A stretch of DNA of 64,000 nucleotides from Guillardia theta CCMP2712 (Eukaryota > Protista > Cryptophyta): NCBI RefSeq assembly GCF_000315625.1, contig NW_005434670.1, positions 414,711 through 478,710 on the forward strand, in the 5' to 3' direction. The position numbers were made by a program, and so were the translations under genes. Below are positions 23,562 to 36,047 of this stretch, one piece after another. Every line of letters starts with the position of its first letter. Positions within the stretch are counted from its first letter, which is position 1. The notes beneath the pieces are model-generated. The model worked only from the letters and a program-made list of their open reading frames with translations. It did no database searches and was not told where the DNA came from.

Positions 23562-25604
23562 TCACTGTGGAAGCTTAGACTTGATCTTGCGAAGAAGAGC
23601 TTCATGCTTCGACTCTGAGGCTGAAGCATCGAACATGACAAGATCCGTGCAGCTCTCTTCTGTGTCGGACATCTCGTACTCACCACCTGCTTGACCTCCA
23701 GAGCTCAGCGATGGGTGAGGCGAACATGCTTGGCCTTCCATCCCATCGTCAGTAGTGGCAATCGACAAGGCATCCCAAGCACCTGTAGCGACTTCCCGCA
23801 TCGCCGCCTTGCTGTTTCTGATCGCCGTCCAGCGATTGGCAGCGGAGAAAGCAGGGAGGCATCGACGCTTGTTGTCTCTGCAGTTTTCGTGGATCGCTTG
23901 CTCAATGGCATCGAAGACATCTTGTCTGCAACCTCCCGTTGTGTTTCTGCTGGAGCTGTTTGTCGTAGCTTGCTCCTCGCCATGACCTTGGACCTCCTGT
24001 AGCGGCAGCTTCTGCTCGTGCTCGTCTGTCCTTGCCCCCATCACAGGTCCAAGGTGGTTTGTGCCATGGCTGTCACGTTCCTCACTGATGCGCTTCCGCT
24101 CAGTGCCGTGAGCATCTTTCTCAGAGCTCAAGTGTGAATTTAGAACGTGAGGAATGTCGCTAGCAGTTGGCCGTGGATAGACCATTCCCTCCAGTTGGCT
24201 CAAGGGCATGATCGGAATTCTCCATCTTCGTGCATTCAGCGTCTGTTGAGTATCAGGACCACATTGGGAGAGATCGAGCTTCACCTTCTCGCTCTCGAAG
24301 TTTTCAGACGGCACAATCTGTCATTCCCTCCTCACTTTCGCACAAAGAGACCAAAAATCCTCACCAGAAAGTGGGTGGATTTCTTACTGAGCTGCAAGTC
24401 CAAGCTTGCTCTCAGAAGCTTCTGCACGAGCCAAGCAACGTACACTTTCTGAGACCCATGGAAGCCCGAGAGACACAATCTTCTACCCGACAACAACTGA
24501 AATGCTGGTGAGAGAGGCTGGAAAGACGCAGCAACACCTGAAGCTCTTCGGGTACTGGCGCATCGCGCTCCAACGAGTTTAACTCCGTCAAAGGAAACAT
24601 CTTGTTGTGGGAGACGCTCTTGCGAAGCCAGAGCTCTGAGATGACTGCAGATCCCGAGGCGAAGCCTCTTCTCTTCTTGCAAGTCACGTATCCCTTCCTT
24701 GCCTCCGAGAGCGCAACAACCTGCGGGCTGAATGAGTCGCGACCAACGACCCTCATCGAATGCCTGGAAATCAGACGTCTGATCCTTCACTACCCTCCCT
24801 CCCTCTGAGCATATGAGAGCTGTGAGCTCATCCATCTGCTCGCAGGCGCTCATGCTGAACGTGTATCCTTTGAAGAGGCAGCCACTGCCTGCCTGCCTTG
24901 CTCCTTCTTGTTCGCTGCCAGTGCTTCTACCATGCCCAAACTTTTCATCGGAAGAGAGCTGGTGGTTCTCTTTGTTGTTATCTGAGGAACTTTCTTTGTG
25001 GAGGATCAAGAAATCGTGATAATCTTGTGCACATCCCTCCTCTACGCACTTTCCTAACCAGTCCTCATTCACAAGGGGTATCCCGAGTTCCCTCGTCTTA
25101 GCCACCTACATCCATTGGTCAGAACCCCTCCTCCGAGGTTGTCATCATCACCAGACGCTCTTGTCTCTCAGGAGCAACGACGAGGTTGCATGTCTTGTCG
25201 ATCTGATCCACAGGTCGGGCACCTAGAAGCTTCGCAATGACAAGAAATTGAGGTCGAACAACGTAAACAGAAACTCCATCAAGGATTGTGAGGCGGAAAT
25301 CCCAAGGATCAAGAAAGCGCTTGCTCTTCCAGGACTGATCCAACCATCTCTCTCCCACCACAAGCACCATCTGCTCTCCCCGTACTCGCCGACCTAGAGC
25401 AGCTCGTGCCTTGCGTGACCTTAGGGAATCAGCGACGAGTATCGAGACACCGCTGGTGAAATCTCCGATGACCCTGGCGCCAAGAGCCTTCGATCTCTCG
25501 GAGAGCTCTTCCTTCTTCCTCTTCGAGAAGCCACTCAGGCACACAACCCTCCCGTCCTCCTCCCCTCCTTCCTCCGTCCCTCCCGCCTGCTCTCCCATTG
25601 CCAT
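23562..25604 (-). CDS. Multi-BRCT protein (four BRCT domains; TopBP1/Dpb11/Rad4-like)
   Basis: VVCLSGF...LGARV...ILVA...VVGERWLDQSW; LGIPLVNEDWLGKC; LFKGYTF...EGGRVV; LLSGRRLCLSGF...STHFL...ARRWRIPIM. Confidence 0.8.
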
Positions 25605-25725
25605 TCAAACACCCACGCCTACCCCTCATCCCCACCTGTACCCCCATTCAGGACATCAGATCTGAGATCAGATCACCCCTACCCACCCCTCCCCACTTCA
25701 GGCTTGTCAAAAAAGGATTTCGCCG

Positions 25726-25893
25726 ATGGCGTCGGCGGGGCCTGTGGCGATGCTGATACCTATCGGTGAGCTCTCTGCGCTCCTTCTCCTTCTCCTTCTC
25801 CTGCTCCTTCTCCTTCTCCTCCTTCTCCTTCTCCTCCTTCTCCTTCTCCTTCTCCTCCTTCTCCTGCTCCTCCTCCTCCCAGGCTCCTGCTCT

Positions 25894-25963
<70 letters not shown>

Positions 25964-27720
25964 TTCATCTTCCAGCCTGCCGCCTGTCCGGCTCAGTTGC
26001 CCTGGCGGCTTGCGGATTCCTGCCGATGGCAGGCTCCTGCAGTGCAGTGACACAGTTCTATTATGGCGTGCTCATCGTGCTTCCTTATCCTCGGGACACC
26101 TCGCATTCTCCTTCTCCATCTCGACATTCTCCTCCTTCCTAGCTGCTAACAAGCTCTCAGATGGGGCATCGAGTATTCCGGATGACGCCATTCTTGTGAC
26201 TTCAGCAGAGATCTTTGCGTTGCTGGATTCGAGAATGTCGCACAAGGAGGACAAAGGTGCAACATCGATACACGAGGAGGTGGAATGATAGAGGCAGCAG
26301 GACAGGCGAACCCAGCAGAAGCAGTTCGTCGATGTCTGAACTACAGCGAGCAAGCGGGGGAAAAGGTTGGAGCCGTTGTTAGAGGATGTAACAGCCACGG
26401 TCAGTTCTGCTGCTGTCAATGTTGCTCGGGCTGTTGCAGCTGCGACATCGTCGGAGAAGTGAGATAATCCCTAAAGAAGAGCTTTCCTTTGCTGTCCTTT
26501 GCTTTCCTTTGATCTCCTTTCCTTTGCTCTCCTTTCCTCTGCTGTCCCTTGCTCTCCTTTCCTCGTAGCTGCTGGCGAATCGCTCACATCGTCGTCTTCC
26601 TGCAGTGCTCTACTGCATCTCGCCCTGGGCTTGTGCATTCAGTCTTGGGTCAGTCACAAGTTGTGAGGTTCAGCCCCCCAGCCAACAAGCTGATGAGCAG
26701 CACAGAGGTATGCGAGCTGTCGAGAAGAGGAAGGTGAGGGCTCAATGCAGGTGGTAACGAGGATAGGAAGCTCTCCAGCGAAGCACCCTCGAATCTCCTC
26801 ATGGGAAGTGCTCAAGGAGAGGAGAAGCCAAGACAGCGCTGAAATGTCCTTGTACATGACTAACGAGGAGCGGAAGATGAGGCGAGAGATCGAGCTCTTG
26901 AAGATGTAGCATTCTCTCTCTTTTGCAGTCGCTCATGCTACAGACCTGTCAGTTCGCTTCAAGCTGCAGAGGAACGCGTGCGCGAATTAGAAGACGAGCG
27001 AGCCTCGAGGTATCAGGAACTTTCTCGTCAGGTGCAACGTCTCCTCCTCCTCCCCGCTGGTCTGTTTGAGCTTGCATCAGGCTGTACAGGTGGCGTCCGA
27101 TCGCCTGGAGGAGGTACATCTGTTGTCTTTGAGCGCTCAGGCTGTGATCAATGAGCAGGTCGAGCGGATCAACGCGGAGGCGCATGAGGTGATGTCGAAT
27201 CGGATAGCATTCCTACAGGGGGAGCTAGAGGAGGCAAGCAGTCAGCTCAATGTAAGCTTAGCGCTCCTCTTTTCTTCGCGTGGTCACTTCTGCGGCAGAA
27301 AGTACGAGCAGAGCGCGACAGCCTGCTGCAGGAAAGCTTGCTCCTCGATCTTGCTCCTCTCTTACTTCCCTGCAGAAGACACCTCGGCGCTCCGTGTCTC
27401 GATTGTCTCCCAGTCAGTCACCCGCCAGCTCTGTCGCCCTTCACAGCGTCAAGGTTGCTCCTCCACAGCTCACGCCGTCTCGGTCTGCGACACGTCAGAG
27501 CCGCGAAGGTCGACTGTCCCCAGCGAAGAGGTGGAGATGACACGGAGAAGCTTCTGCCCTCCTTCCTTCCATTCGCTACTTCCTTGCATCGCCCCCCCCC
27601 ATCCTCCGTTGTTTAGACTCGTTTGCACTACCAACCATGGAGACTTGAAACCTCTCAAACTGCTCAAAACGGAGGCGAACTGTCTGCAGGCCTTGAAGGT
27701 CAAACGCGACATGTGAATGT
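25726..27720 (+). CDS. Hypothetical multi-exon protein with coiled-coil segments
   Basis: ATG followed by a GTGAG donor. Exon fragments AANKLSDGASSIPDDAILVTSAEIFALL... and LEEVHLLSLSAQAVINEQVERINAEAHE. Boundaries uncertain. Confidence 0.4.
25780..25962. repeat. (CTCCTT)n/(CTCCTG)n microsatellite, intronic
   Basis: Direct reading. Confidence 0.95.
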
Positions 27721-27899
27721 CGTAATCCATTTCTTTTCACTTCACGTCCTAGAACTCGATCTCACGATATCCAATGGCGTGCAAATCCACGAGGAATCAA
27801 GAATCTCATAACTCTCTGGCTCGACCTCTCCTCGTCCTCTCGAATCGTTTGTGTTTAAACTACAAGATAAAGAAATGAGGGCCTGGCGTGCTTGCCGTG

Positions 27900-28767
27900 C
27901 TGCTACTCCATAGGCTCGAGCTGTCGGTCTCCAACTTCCGATTATATTCTCTAGATCTAGGAGGCTCGGTAGGAGCTTCCTCCTCGTTTCTCCTCTAGGA
28001 GGAGAAGACGTGCTACCACCTTCACCTCTCATCCTCACGGTTCATGAGCTCGACCTGCTTTGAGTCGTGCTGTTTGAAAGCTCCTTCTTGCTCTGGCGCG
28101 TCGTCAGGTCGTGCGAGTGCTGTCTATCCGCCTCCTCCCCGATGGTCGATGCAGCGCTTCTAGTCTGCAGACAATGACAACCCTCAGCGAGCAGATCTCG
28201 GAGGAAGCAAGCAAACCTTGATCGAAGAGAAGTTGCCGCTGTTCCTTTCCTCCCTGCTTAACGTCGCTTCTCCGGCATCCACTTGTACAAGCTTCTTCGT
28301 CGCCTGCGTCTCTCCGTCAGGGCATGCAAGAGACACTGCAGACCTCACAGCTGCACGTGAGAACGCTGACCTCGCGCCTGCGAGAGAGACTCGCGCCTAC
28401 GGGAGGGTCAGCGCGAGGCAAGGAATGGATGGGAGCGAAGGACCTGATCGAAGCGGTGCTGTGTCATGTCTTTGTAGGCTTCAGAGAGCATGCGATCTCC
28501 CTTGCGGCTCCATTCCTCTTGCTTGTCAATCTGTCGTAGGAGCTTCTCTCGATACGACAGCAGCAGCGTGACCACCCCTGATCGCCTTGACGCCTCGGCA
28601 AAAGCCTCCACCTCGCTGACGTCCTCACGCAGCTCTTCCACAGATGATCGAGCTGTCTGTAGGGGAGCATGATGGCCGGGCTGCCGGACTCCAAAGATGA
28701 GGAGAACAACAACCAGGAACAGCATGGAGCCGCTCACAACGAACGCCACACTGTAAGCAGCTCGCAT
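27900..28767 (-). CDS. Hypothetical type II membrane protein with coiled-coil ectodomain; 3' end uncertain
   Basis: MRAAYSVAFVVSGSMLFLVVVLLIFGV N-terminal TM, followed by SVEELREDVSEVE...REKLLRQIDKQEE. Confidence 0.45.
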
Positions 28768-28923
28768 GGCGGTGATCACAAACCAGAATAGGAGAATGTG
28801 CAGGTGACCCTGAAGGTCGCAGGTATGAGAGGAAGGGATAGGATGAGCAGAGTTCTAGGACAAGGAACGAACAGAGGAGTGGGCCCGAGAGACAGGATGC
28901 ACAGGAGGCAGAGTCAGAGTCAA

Positions 28924-29048
<125 letters not shown>

Positions 29049-29226
29049 TGTGGTAGTGGTGGGCAGAGTGGTGGGGGGGGGGGGAGGGAGGGCGGGGGCA
29101 AAGGTTGAATGTCGGCAAGAACTCTAGCCCGCCTCAGAATCAAAAAGTTCAATTTGTGGTCTTTTAAAAACATGAGGAGGGGTGCGAATGGAGGGAAGAT
29201 GGGGGGTAAGGGTAGTCCCTGTGGCA

Positions 29227-31749
29227 ATGCAGAACGGAGGGGCGCAGCTGCGGGCGATGGAGACGGAGGGGCTGGTGGACGCGTTCATCGCTTCCTTCCT
29301 CTCCTGCCGGAGTCTCGCGACGTTGCATGACCTCGAAGAGGAGCTCGTCACCTTCCTGCTCAGCCACTCCATCAGACCTCCTGCCCCCCGCGTCGACAAC
29401 CCTGAGGAGATCTTGCTCGATGATGACGATACAGAGAGAGCAGGCGACCATCAACAGAACAGCTCAGCTGGTCCCACTCATGCTTCTGCGCCTCACTTTG
29501 ACGACTGGCATCTTTGTCCTCTCGTCCTTCGCCCCTTGATAATCTACAACTTTGGGCCCCCGCCAGGTATGGTGCAAATCCCGAGGTTCTCGTCGGGAGA
29601 TCTGATGCAGCTTGCGATCGAATACTACAAGCATGCGCACAGACATCAGCCATTCCAAACACTTTATGCTGCAGAGGATAATGCATCCTTCCAGGGGTTT
29701 TGTGAATACGTTTGTAAAGTGAAGAAATTAAACAGCGTGAGCGAGATTGGCATGCGAAGGCAGGCGCCAGAGCCTCTCTTCAAGCGAGATCTCTTTCTCT
29801 TGTTGCATGCCAACGCCAAGTACGAAGCGTTGTTTCGGTCTGATGCTCTAGCAAGTGCTTCCTGCCTGATTTGACGCAGGGTGAGGGAAAGAGAAATGAT
29901 TGAGCATCACCAATCAGATCAGGGACGGAAAAGAAGGAAGAAAGAATCGGCCTCACCTCTTGCGGCTTCAAGTTCCTGCAGCTCCATCCCCAAGCTGAAC
30001 CCTCCCGCAGATCCAAGAACAGCAGAGTTCATACGGGTGAGCACGGCCTCCTTCAATCAGTTCCGCTGACGCCACACAGATATGCGAGAAGGAGGCCTTC
30101 AAGAGGAGCACAGGCAATGCGTCACTTGTAGCGGGCTCAAGTCTCTGAATGCTTTGTAGCGGTCTGCATGCATCCTCCCAGTGAAAGCAAGATGCTGTGA
30201 GTCTCAAGCTCATGCTTCTCAGTCCTTACGAGGCCACAGACAAGTGGTGAAAGAGATGCTGGCGAGCTCTCAGAAGAGAAAGGCAGGGAAGATGCTAGAG
30301 GAGGAGACCTTGTGCTTAGACGTGAGCCCGATGGAGTTGACAAGTGAGCAGCTGATAATGATTGTCTTGTCCAGAAAGATTTGATCTGCTCGCTCATTAC
30401 TGAGTACGTCATGCTACACTTGGGATCGAGCAAGTATCGGTGAGCAAGCCAAATAATGGAGAGCTGGATGAAATTTTGTTCAGGAAGAAAAGGTGGACTG
30501 CAGAAGACAAAGATGCTCATGGTCTTAATCTGTTTTCTTGACGCTTCATCTAATGGATGGTGTCGCTTCTTTGCAGAGCCGAACACGGAGGAGATGAACG
30601 ACATTCCCTCGCCGAATGAGGACATGGACTCAAAACGTCCATCTGACGATACGCATGTTGTCCATACCCCATTGAATCAAACGCTGATACTTATTGGAGT
30701 TGTCAGTCCAACCAAGTCCAAGCGAGGGTCGCTGATTCCAATATGGTAGAGAAAGACGACAAGGGCAATGCCAGCAACGATTCGCAGCAATCGAGACCGG
30801 AACAAACACAAGAGAGCCAAACATTGCATTCTGATCTCGCGATACTTGCAGCTAAGGAAACAAGGGAGAATGGGGACGGTCCATCTGTCCATGTCAATCT
30901 TGACATGCACAACCGTGTTCTGCCTCTTGATCGGGCAGTGGAAGCGCGCAAGGTGAGGAAGGAATGGAGAAGTACAACTCATTGCATTGCCTCAGCCCAA
31001 CAGCTTCCGCGCGCCGCAGCTGATGGCGGATCGAGTCACGTCCGTCTGCATCCCCTGGACGACTTGTGAGCCACGGGAGAGCCTCGACGTCAGCGAGGCG
31101 TGACGGCCTGAGTGATGAGTTGATGCTTGCTGACAGGTTGGGCGGTGGGGAGAAGCGTTGGTGTACCGTCTTCTTACACTGGCATACCCCAACCACATCG
31201 TCTGTTGGATGAATGAGGTAAAGCTTTCACCTGGCGGGCGAGAGGCTCAGCGGTGCGATGACAGCAAGAGGAGAGCAAATGTTTCTATGATGTGAGCGTC
31301 AGCGAGCCCGAGGATACTGATCACGTAATTTTTTATCTTTCCGACATGGCGTCTAATTAGCGGTATATATCAGCGATCTGTCCCTCGTCCTCGACTCTCA
31401 TCAACAAGGTATGTTGAAGTCAAGTCTACTTTCACCAGCGATCGGTGAGCAGTTCTGTGAAGCTTTCTCTGCCGCTCAATGCTTGTGCAGCAATGTATTT
31501 GAGATATCCCAAGCTGAGCTAGAGTTTGCGATGAAGCCGGGGGTGACTCTGCTGTTCTCCCTTGATTTTCATATGAGAGACGCACAGATTCACTATAGCA
31601 TCTTCCGAGTCTTTGGCGTCGGCGATCGCTCGCAGCTGCGAATCTCAATCATTGATGACCTTCAGGCTGCTTTGAGGTTCATACAACATTCCTGAATCCT
31701 CCTTATCTTTCACAGGCTGAGAAACGTCGCGCTCTGTCTCTGTATCTGA
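29227..31749 (+). CDS. NO VEIN-like protein with C-terminal DUF3883 (PD-(D/E)xK-like) domain, compact form
   Basis: N-terminal VDAFIASFLSCRSLATLHDLE...LCPLVLRPLIIYNF resembles the NOV N-terminal block. C-terminal GRWGEALVY...VCWMNE...FYD...VEVKST...FEISQAELEFA...YSIFRV matches DUF3883. Confidence 0.8.
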
Positions 31750-31829
31750 GCATCTGCTTCGCGATGACTCCTTGTATCTTACACACCCGCTGGAGGCAAC
31801 AGGAGCGAAGAAGGTCTAGATGAAAGCAG

Positions 31830-32700
31830 GAGTAGCTAGATGAAAGCATGTGCGCTGGTCACTGCTGCTTCGCCTTGCATCGCACCGCGCTTGCAAGATG
31901 ATGTATATGATCCAAAATCGCTTCTTAACTTTGCTGCGGAGGGATATCGATCAAGTTCCTTATCCATCGATTTCTTTCGATTTACGTTTGGAGGGAGGAG
32001 GTCCATGCAGTCATACTCTCTGCAACGGCTTCAGTCCCTCAGACAAGCAAACTCATCGCATGACACGGCAAGCAGCGCAGCGCAGACAAACACAAATGCA
32101 ACCTGTTGCGACATGCAACGCATGGGACTTCAGTTTTGTGTGATGGTGAAGGCGCATCTTCCGATTTGTGTGAAGCCAGCAGCAAGGACGATAGAGGAGA
32201 ACTTGATCCTGACAAGTCGTTGACTTGCCATGTTGCATTCTGTGTCGAAAAACTCTGTATTATTCGCTTGCGTTGCTGAGCTTGTGCATATTGATGAAGC
32301 TGCAGCGGCTGTAGACGCATTAAAAAATCAACCAATGGAGACAATTGATGTAGACCACTCACCATTGTTTGATTTCTTTCTGTGCTAAGACTGACAACAT
32401 CTGCAGCAAGAATTGTTCTACTGCCCCCTTCTTCAATTACATCCATCGTCACCTATTGAAAATGCCACGGTTACTGATCTGTCCGAAAGCAAAGTACAGC
32501 TCTGTCACTGTAAGAACGAACACACTGCTTTGAAGCCACGACAAGGGTGAGGTAGTAGACATACATCATGAGCTCCAATGGTTGTCTCAGAGTTCTTCCT
32601 TTCCCGCATCTCCTCTCGCTCCTCCTTTGTCGTCCGGGGAGTCTCCGGCATGCTCCCTGCCATAGCGACCGGCCCTGCTGTATACTCGGAGGCAACAGAA
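31830..32700 (-). CDS. Hypothetical spliced protein
   Basis: Short open frames separated by GT-AG introns (MAGSMPETPRTTKEERE...; VTMDVIEEGGSRTIL...). No recognised domain. Confidence 0.3.
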
Positions 32701-33399
32701 GTTGAGTTGATTCGCAATGGAGGAGGATGACTGATTTCAGAAGCAGGGGGGGGGGGGGGGGGGTTGGGCCCCGGGGTGCCGGTGGGGTGGGGGGTACGGT
32801 GGAAGGTCTTTCAAGTTTGTGATTGACAGATGAAGTAGGTCAGGGGTATAAGACCACCCCTTGTCTCCCCATCAAAAACTAGGGTATTAGTAAGATCTGG
32901 ACAGGACCTGATGTTAGGGTAGGGGTAGGGGTCAATTGTAGTCGGAAGACCCAGAAAGGGTACCCACCAGCCTCCGAGACTCACCCCCACCTCGATAGTG
33001 TCACGATTGAATCGACCAGGGGTACCGTACTGTCAGCAATGAATCATGGTATCAGATCGGAGGGGTGGGGTACCAGTCACTACTACTGACGCATTCCGTG
33101 TGGATGATACCGGCCCGGCCCAGTGGCTGAGCACCGGTACCGTACTACCGTACTAGCACGGGCACCACCGGTACCCCAACGGGTTGGGCTCACTGGGCCG
33201 GGTGGTCACGTTACCGTACGGTAGGGTACAGCTAACCGTTACGTCAATTCCGACGCACACTCAAGTTGTAACTGTCCGACCCGGCGTCATCAACTCAGGC
33301 CGGGCCCCGGGCCCGGATCAGACCCCGGCCCGACCGGGCGACTCCCGCCAGACGAGGAAGTAACGGCAAGCAACTTTGATGTAACGGATAGTCGGGGGC

Positions 33400-35096
33400 A
33401 TGGAGAAAGCGGCGGGCGAGCGAAAAAGTAAGGAGAGGAGAGGAGAGGAGAGGAGAGGAGAGGAGAGGAGAGGAGAGGAGAGGAGCAGATACGGGAAGAT
33501 GAGACGAGAGCAGATTGCAGCAGAAGGGAGCAAGAAGGGGTGTAGAGGAGCGGGGAGCGGGAAGCGGGTAGCGGGGGTGAGGAGAGAGAAACAGGAGAAG
33601 CTAGAGGGAGAAGAGATGAAGAACTTGAGGAGCTTATGAGGAAACCGACGAGACGTGGAATGGAAGGAGATGTGGCTTATGGATTGAAGAGGGTTGGGGG
33701 TTGTTGTGAATTTTGAAAGGTTTTGTATGACGCAGATGAAGCGAAACCACGGGAGGAGGAGAAGAAGAGTGGAAGTTCCAAGGCGACAGAGGCAGCTGTG
33801 CAGGTGAGAGTCCTGCAGACATGTTGAAGTTGACTCTGCTCTAGCGACTCAGAGATGGACGTTGCAAGATGATCCTTCTGTGCGACATTAAACTCAACGA
33901 CCCGGTCAGAAATGTTTCCCTCCGTCATTTGGATCTCCTCGAGGGGTCGTTGAAATCGTTTTGAGTGTTCTTACTTGCAAACTCAGGACGTAACACAGTT
34001 AGCGCCTGCTGTCAAACAATCTACTTGTCTCAGGTAGGCTTGTGGGATACAATCTTGAAGTCTTAATCTTTTGATTTCATTATTCCTCTTCCATTTTCGT
34101 TCGACGTATTTGGAGCCTTGAGGTCTGAATCTGCTTCTCAGGTCACTCTCTCTGCATGGAGCCAATCTCTCCGTCTCGTCAGCTAAACTCCTCGCAAACG
34201 CGTTGGCCTCTCACGAGGCTCTCACCATGCTTGACCTCGGGAACAATCTGCTCGGCTCCAAGGGCGTCGAGGTGAGTCGTTGCATGTTTCCCACTAGCGT
34301 CAAGTCATGTGCATGTCTCAGGACGTCTGCAATGCGCTCATCCATAACACTTCGCTGCTTGCGCTTGGGTTAGCTCGCACGGCAATGGGTGATAGTGGTG
34401 CAACTGCCATGGCCCACGTGCTGCGAATCAACTGCAGCTTGACGGAGGTGACTTTGATTACTTGTTTTGCCTCAGTGAGGAATGGAGTATGGCAGGTATA
34501 TCTCAATTCCAACGATATCACAGAGGAGGGAGCAACAGATCTGTCGGGGGCGCTTCTCTTCAACGACTCGTCGAGGCTCTCAAAGCTCTATCTCTACGGG
34601 AACCCTCTGGTCTTTTAGTTTCTTCTCCTCCGCTGTCTTCTTTCTTACCTGAACATCCGAGCAGGGCAAAGCAGGAGTGGATGAGTTCAAAAAACTTGAG
34701 AAGGATTGCCCCTTCGTGCAAGAGCGCGTTCCTCTCGATGATGCACGGGCTCTCGCTTTCGCCATGGCCACGCACAAGCGTCTCGGGGAGAACTCACAGG
34801 TAATTCGGTTGAACGAAAGAGGTGCGGGGAGAGATAACGGGCGGGCAGGTCAAGATCCTCAATGTGAAGGCTTCAGTCCACAAGTCAGAGAAGGGCATCC
34901 GCGAGGTAACTACTTCTTTCTTGCATCCGTCTCGCCTCTCCTTTCCCTCCTCCTTCAATTCAGGGTCTTGACAGGTCCGACGGTCGAATCCTCTTTTGCG
35001 GGTAATTCGCGCATGCTCCGAGTACCGGCAGAAGAAACGAGAATTTTATGGCCTAGAGGCCAACAAGAGCTGATCGAGCTCGTGTATTGCATATAA
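33400..35096 (+). CDS. RNI-like leucine-rich repeat protein (NLRC3-type LRRs), multi-exon; ends approximate
   Basis: LTMLDLGNNLLGSKG, LLALGLARTAMGDSGATAMAHVL, VYLNSNDITEEGA, LSKLYLYGNPL, then ALAFAMATHKRLGENS. Confidence 0.75.
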
Positions 35097-35210
35097 ATCA
35101 AAACCACTCGATGCAACGCTCTCAGTTCTCAGTCAGCCCATCAGTTTCACAATCTTCATTGCGACAGGTAAGCACTAGACAATTGAAAACTACTGCCTCA
35201 AACTCGGGAC

Positions 35211-36047
35211 TTAATCGTATCTGATGCGGAAATACTGAACTTCTCCGTTGTTGAGGTCCCTACAAGTCATGATGTCGAACTCGCCAACAATGCCACGCGG
35301 GATGTGACCGGTCTGAACCTGTGACTTGCCGGTGTAGATCTTCTTGAAACCGGTGTAGATGGTGTTGCCCGTGAAGTCTCCCATCAAGTTTCTGTAGCCA
35401 CGGAGAGTGCATCGCATGTTGTGGTTGAGCTTGCCGTACACGCGAAGGTAGAACGACTCGCCAGCCCTAGACTTGCGCACAGTGAAGCTGCCACGAGTTT
35501 CGAAGCCCTTCTCAGTGAGCATAGAAGGAGCAAATCCGATGTTGGGCAGGCGAGCAATGATGGCAGAGGCTCCGTTGAAGTCAGGAGGGCCAGGAACAGG
35601 CGCAACCACCGTGGGAGGAACGTTCTCGATGATCCCGCCCTCAGGGTTTCCAGCGACGTCTTCCTGTCCGCCCCTTACAACGAGTGACTGCTTGCGAACC
35701 TTGGAAGCCAAGGAAGTCCTGCGAGTGCGCTTGTCCGCCTCGAGCTGAGCAACCTCAGCACGGAGCTGATCGGTCGACATCGACTTGGCCTTTGCCAGGA
35801 TCTCATTCATCTCTTGCTTGTTGAGTTGAGCGAGAGTGACGGAGCCATCATCCCAGAAACCCTCATCCTGATCGACAAGTTGAGCACCAGACGACCATGA
35901 GGAGGTAGAAGTCACCTGATCGTAGGAAACAAATGCCATACCGATCACGGCCATGCAAGCCAGAACGGCAATCCCTGCGTACATCATAGCAGTCTTTCTC
36001 CTCGGCATGGAAGATGTGACCGATGGAACGGAGCCGTAGTCATTCAT
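35211..36047 (-). CDS. Intronless type II membrane / secreted precursor protein of unknown function
   Basis: MNDYGSV cytosolic tail, TM (AGIAVLACMAVIGMAFV), coiled linker and a globular C-terminal domain. Strongly biased codons. Confidence 0.8.
   Translation of the reverse strand: MNDYGSVPSVTSSMPRRKTAMMYAGIAVLACMAVIGMAFVSYDQVTSTSSWSSGAQLVDQDEGFWDDGSVTLAQLNKQEMNEILAKAKSMSTDQLRAEVAQLEADKRTRRTSLASKVRKQSLVVRGGQEDVAGNPEGGIIENVPPTVVAPVPGPPDFNGASAIIARLPNIGFAPSMLTEKGFETRGSFTVRKSRAGESFYLRVYGKLNHNMRCTLRGYRNLMGDFTGNTIYTGFKKIYTGKSQVQTGHIPRGIVGEFDIMTCRDLNNGEVQYFRIRYD

Noticed and set aside
25648-26142. Poly-GA, poly-RS, poly-L and poly-SC ORFs (also at 28625-29227 and 38807-39402)
   Set aside because: Products of (CTCCTG)n hexamer repeats; no domain context.
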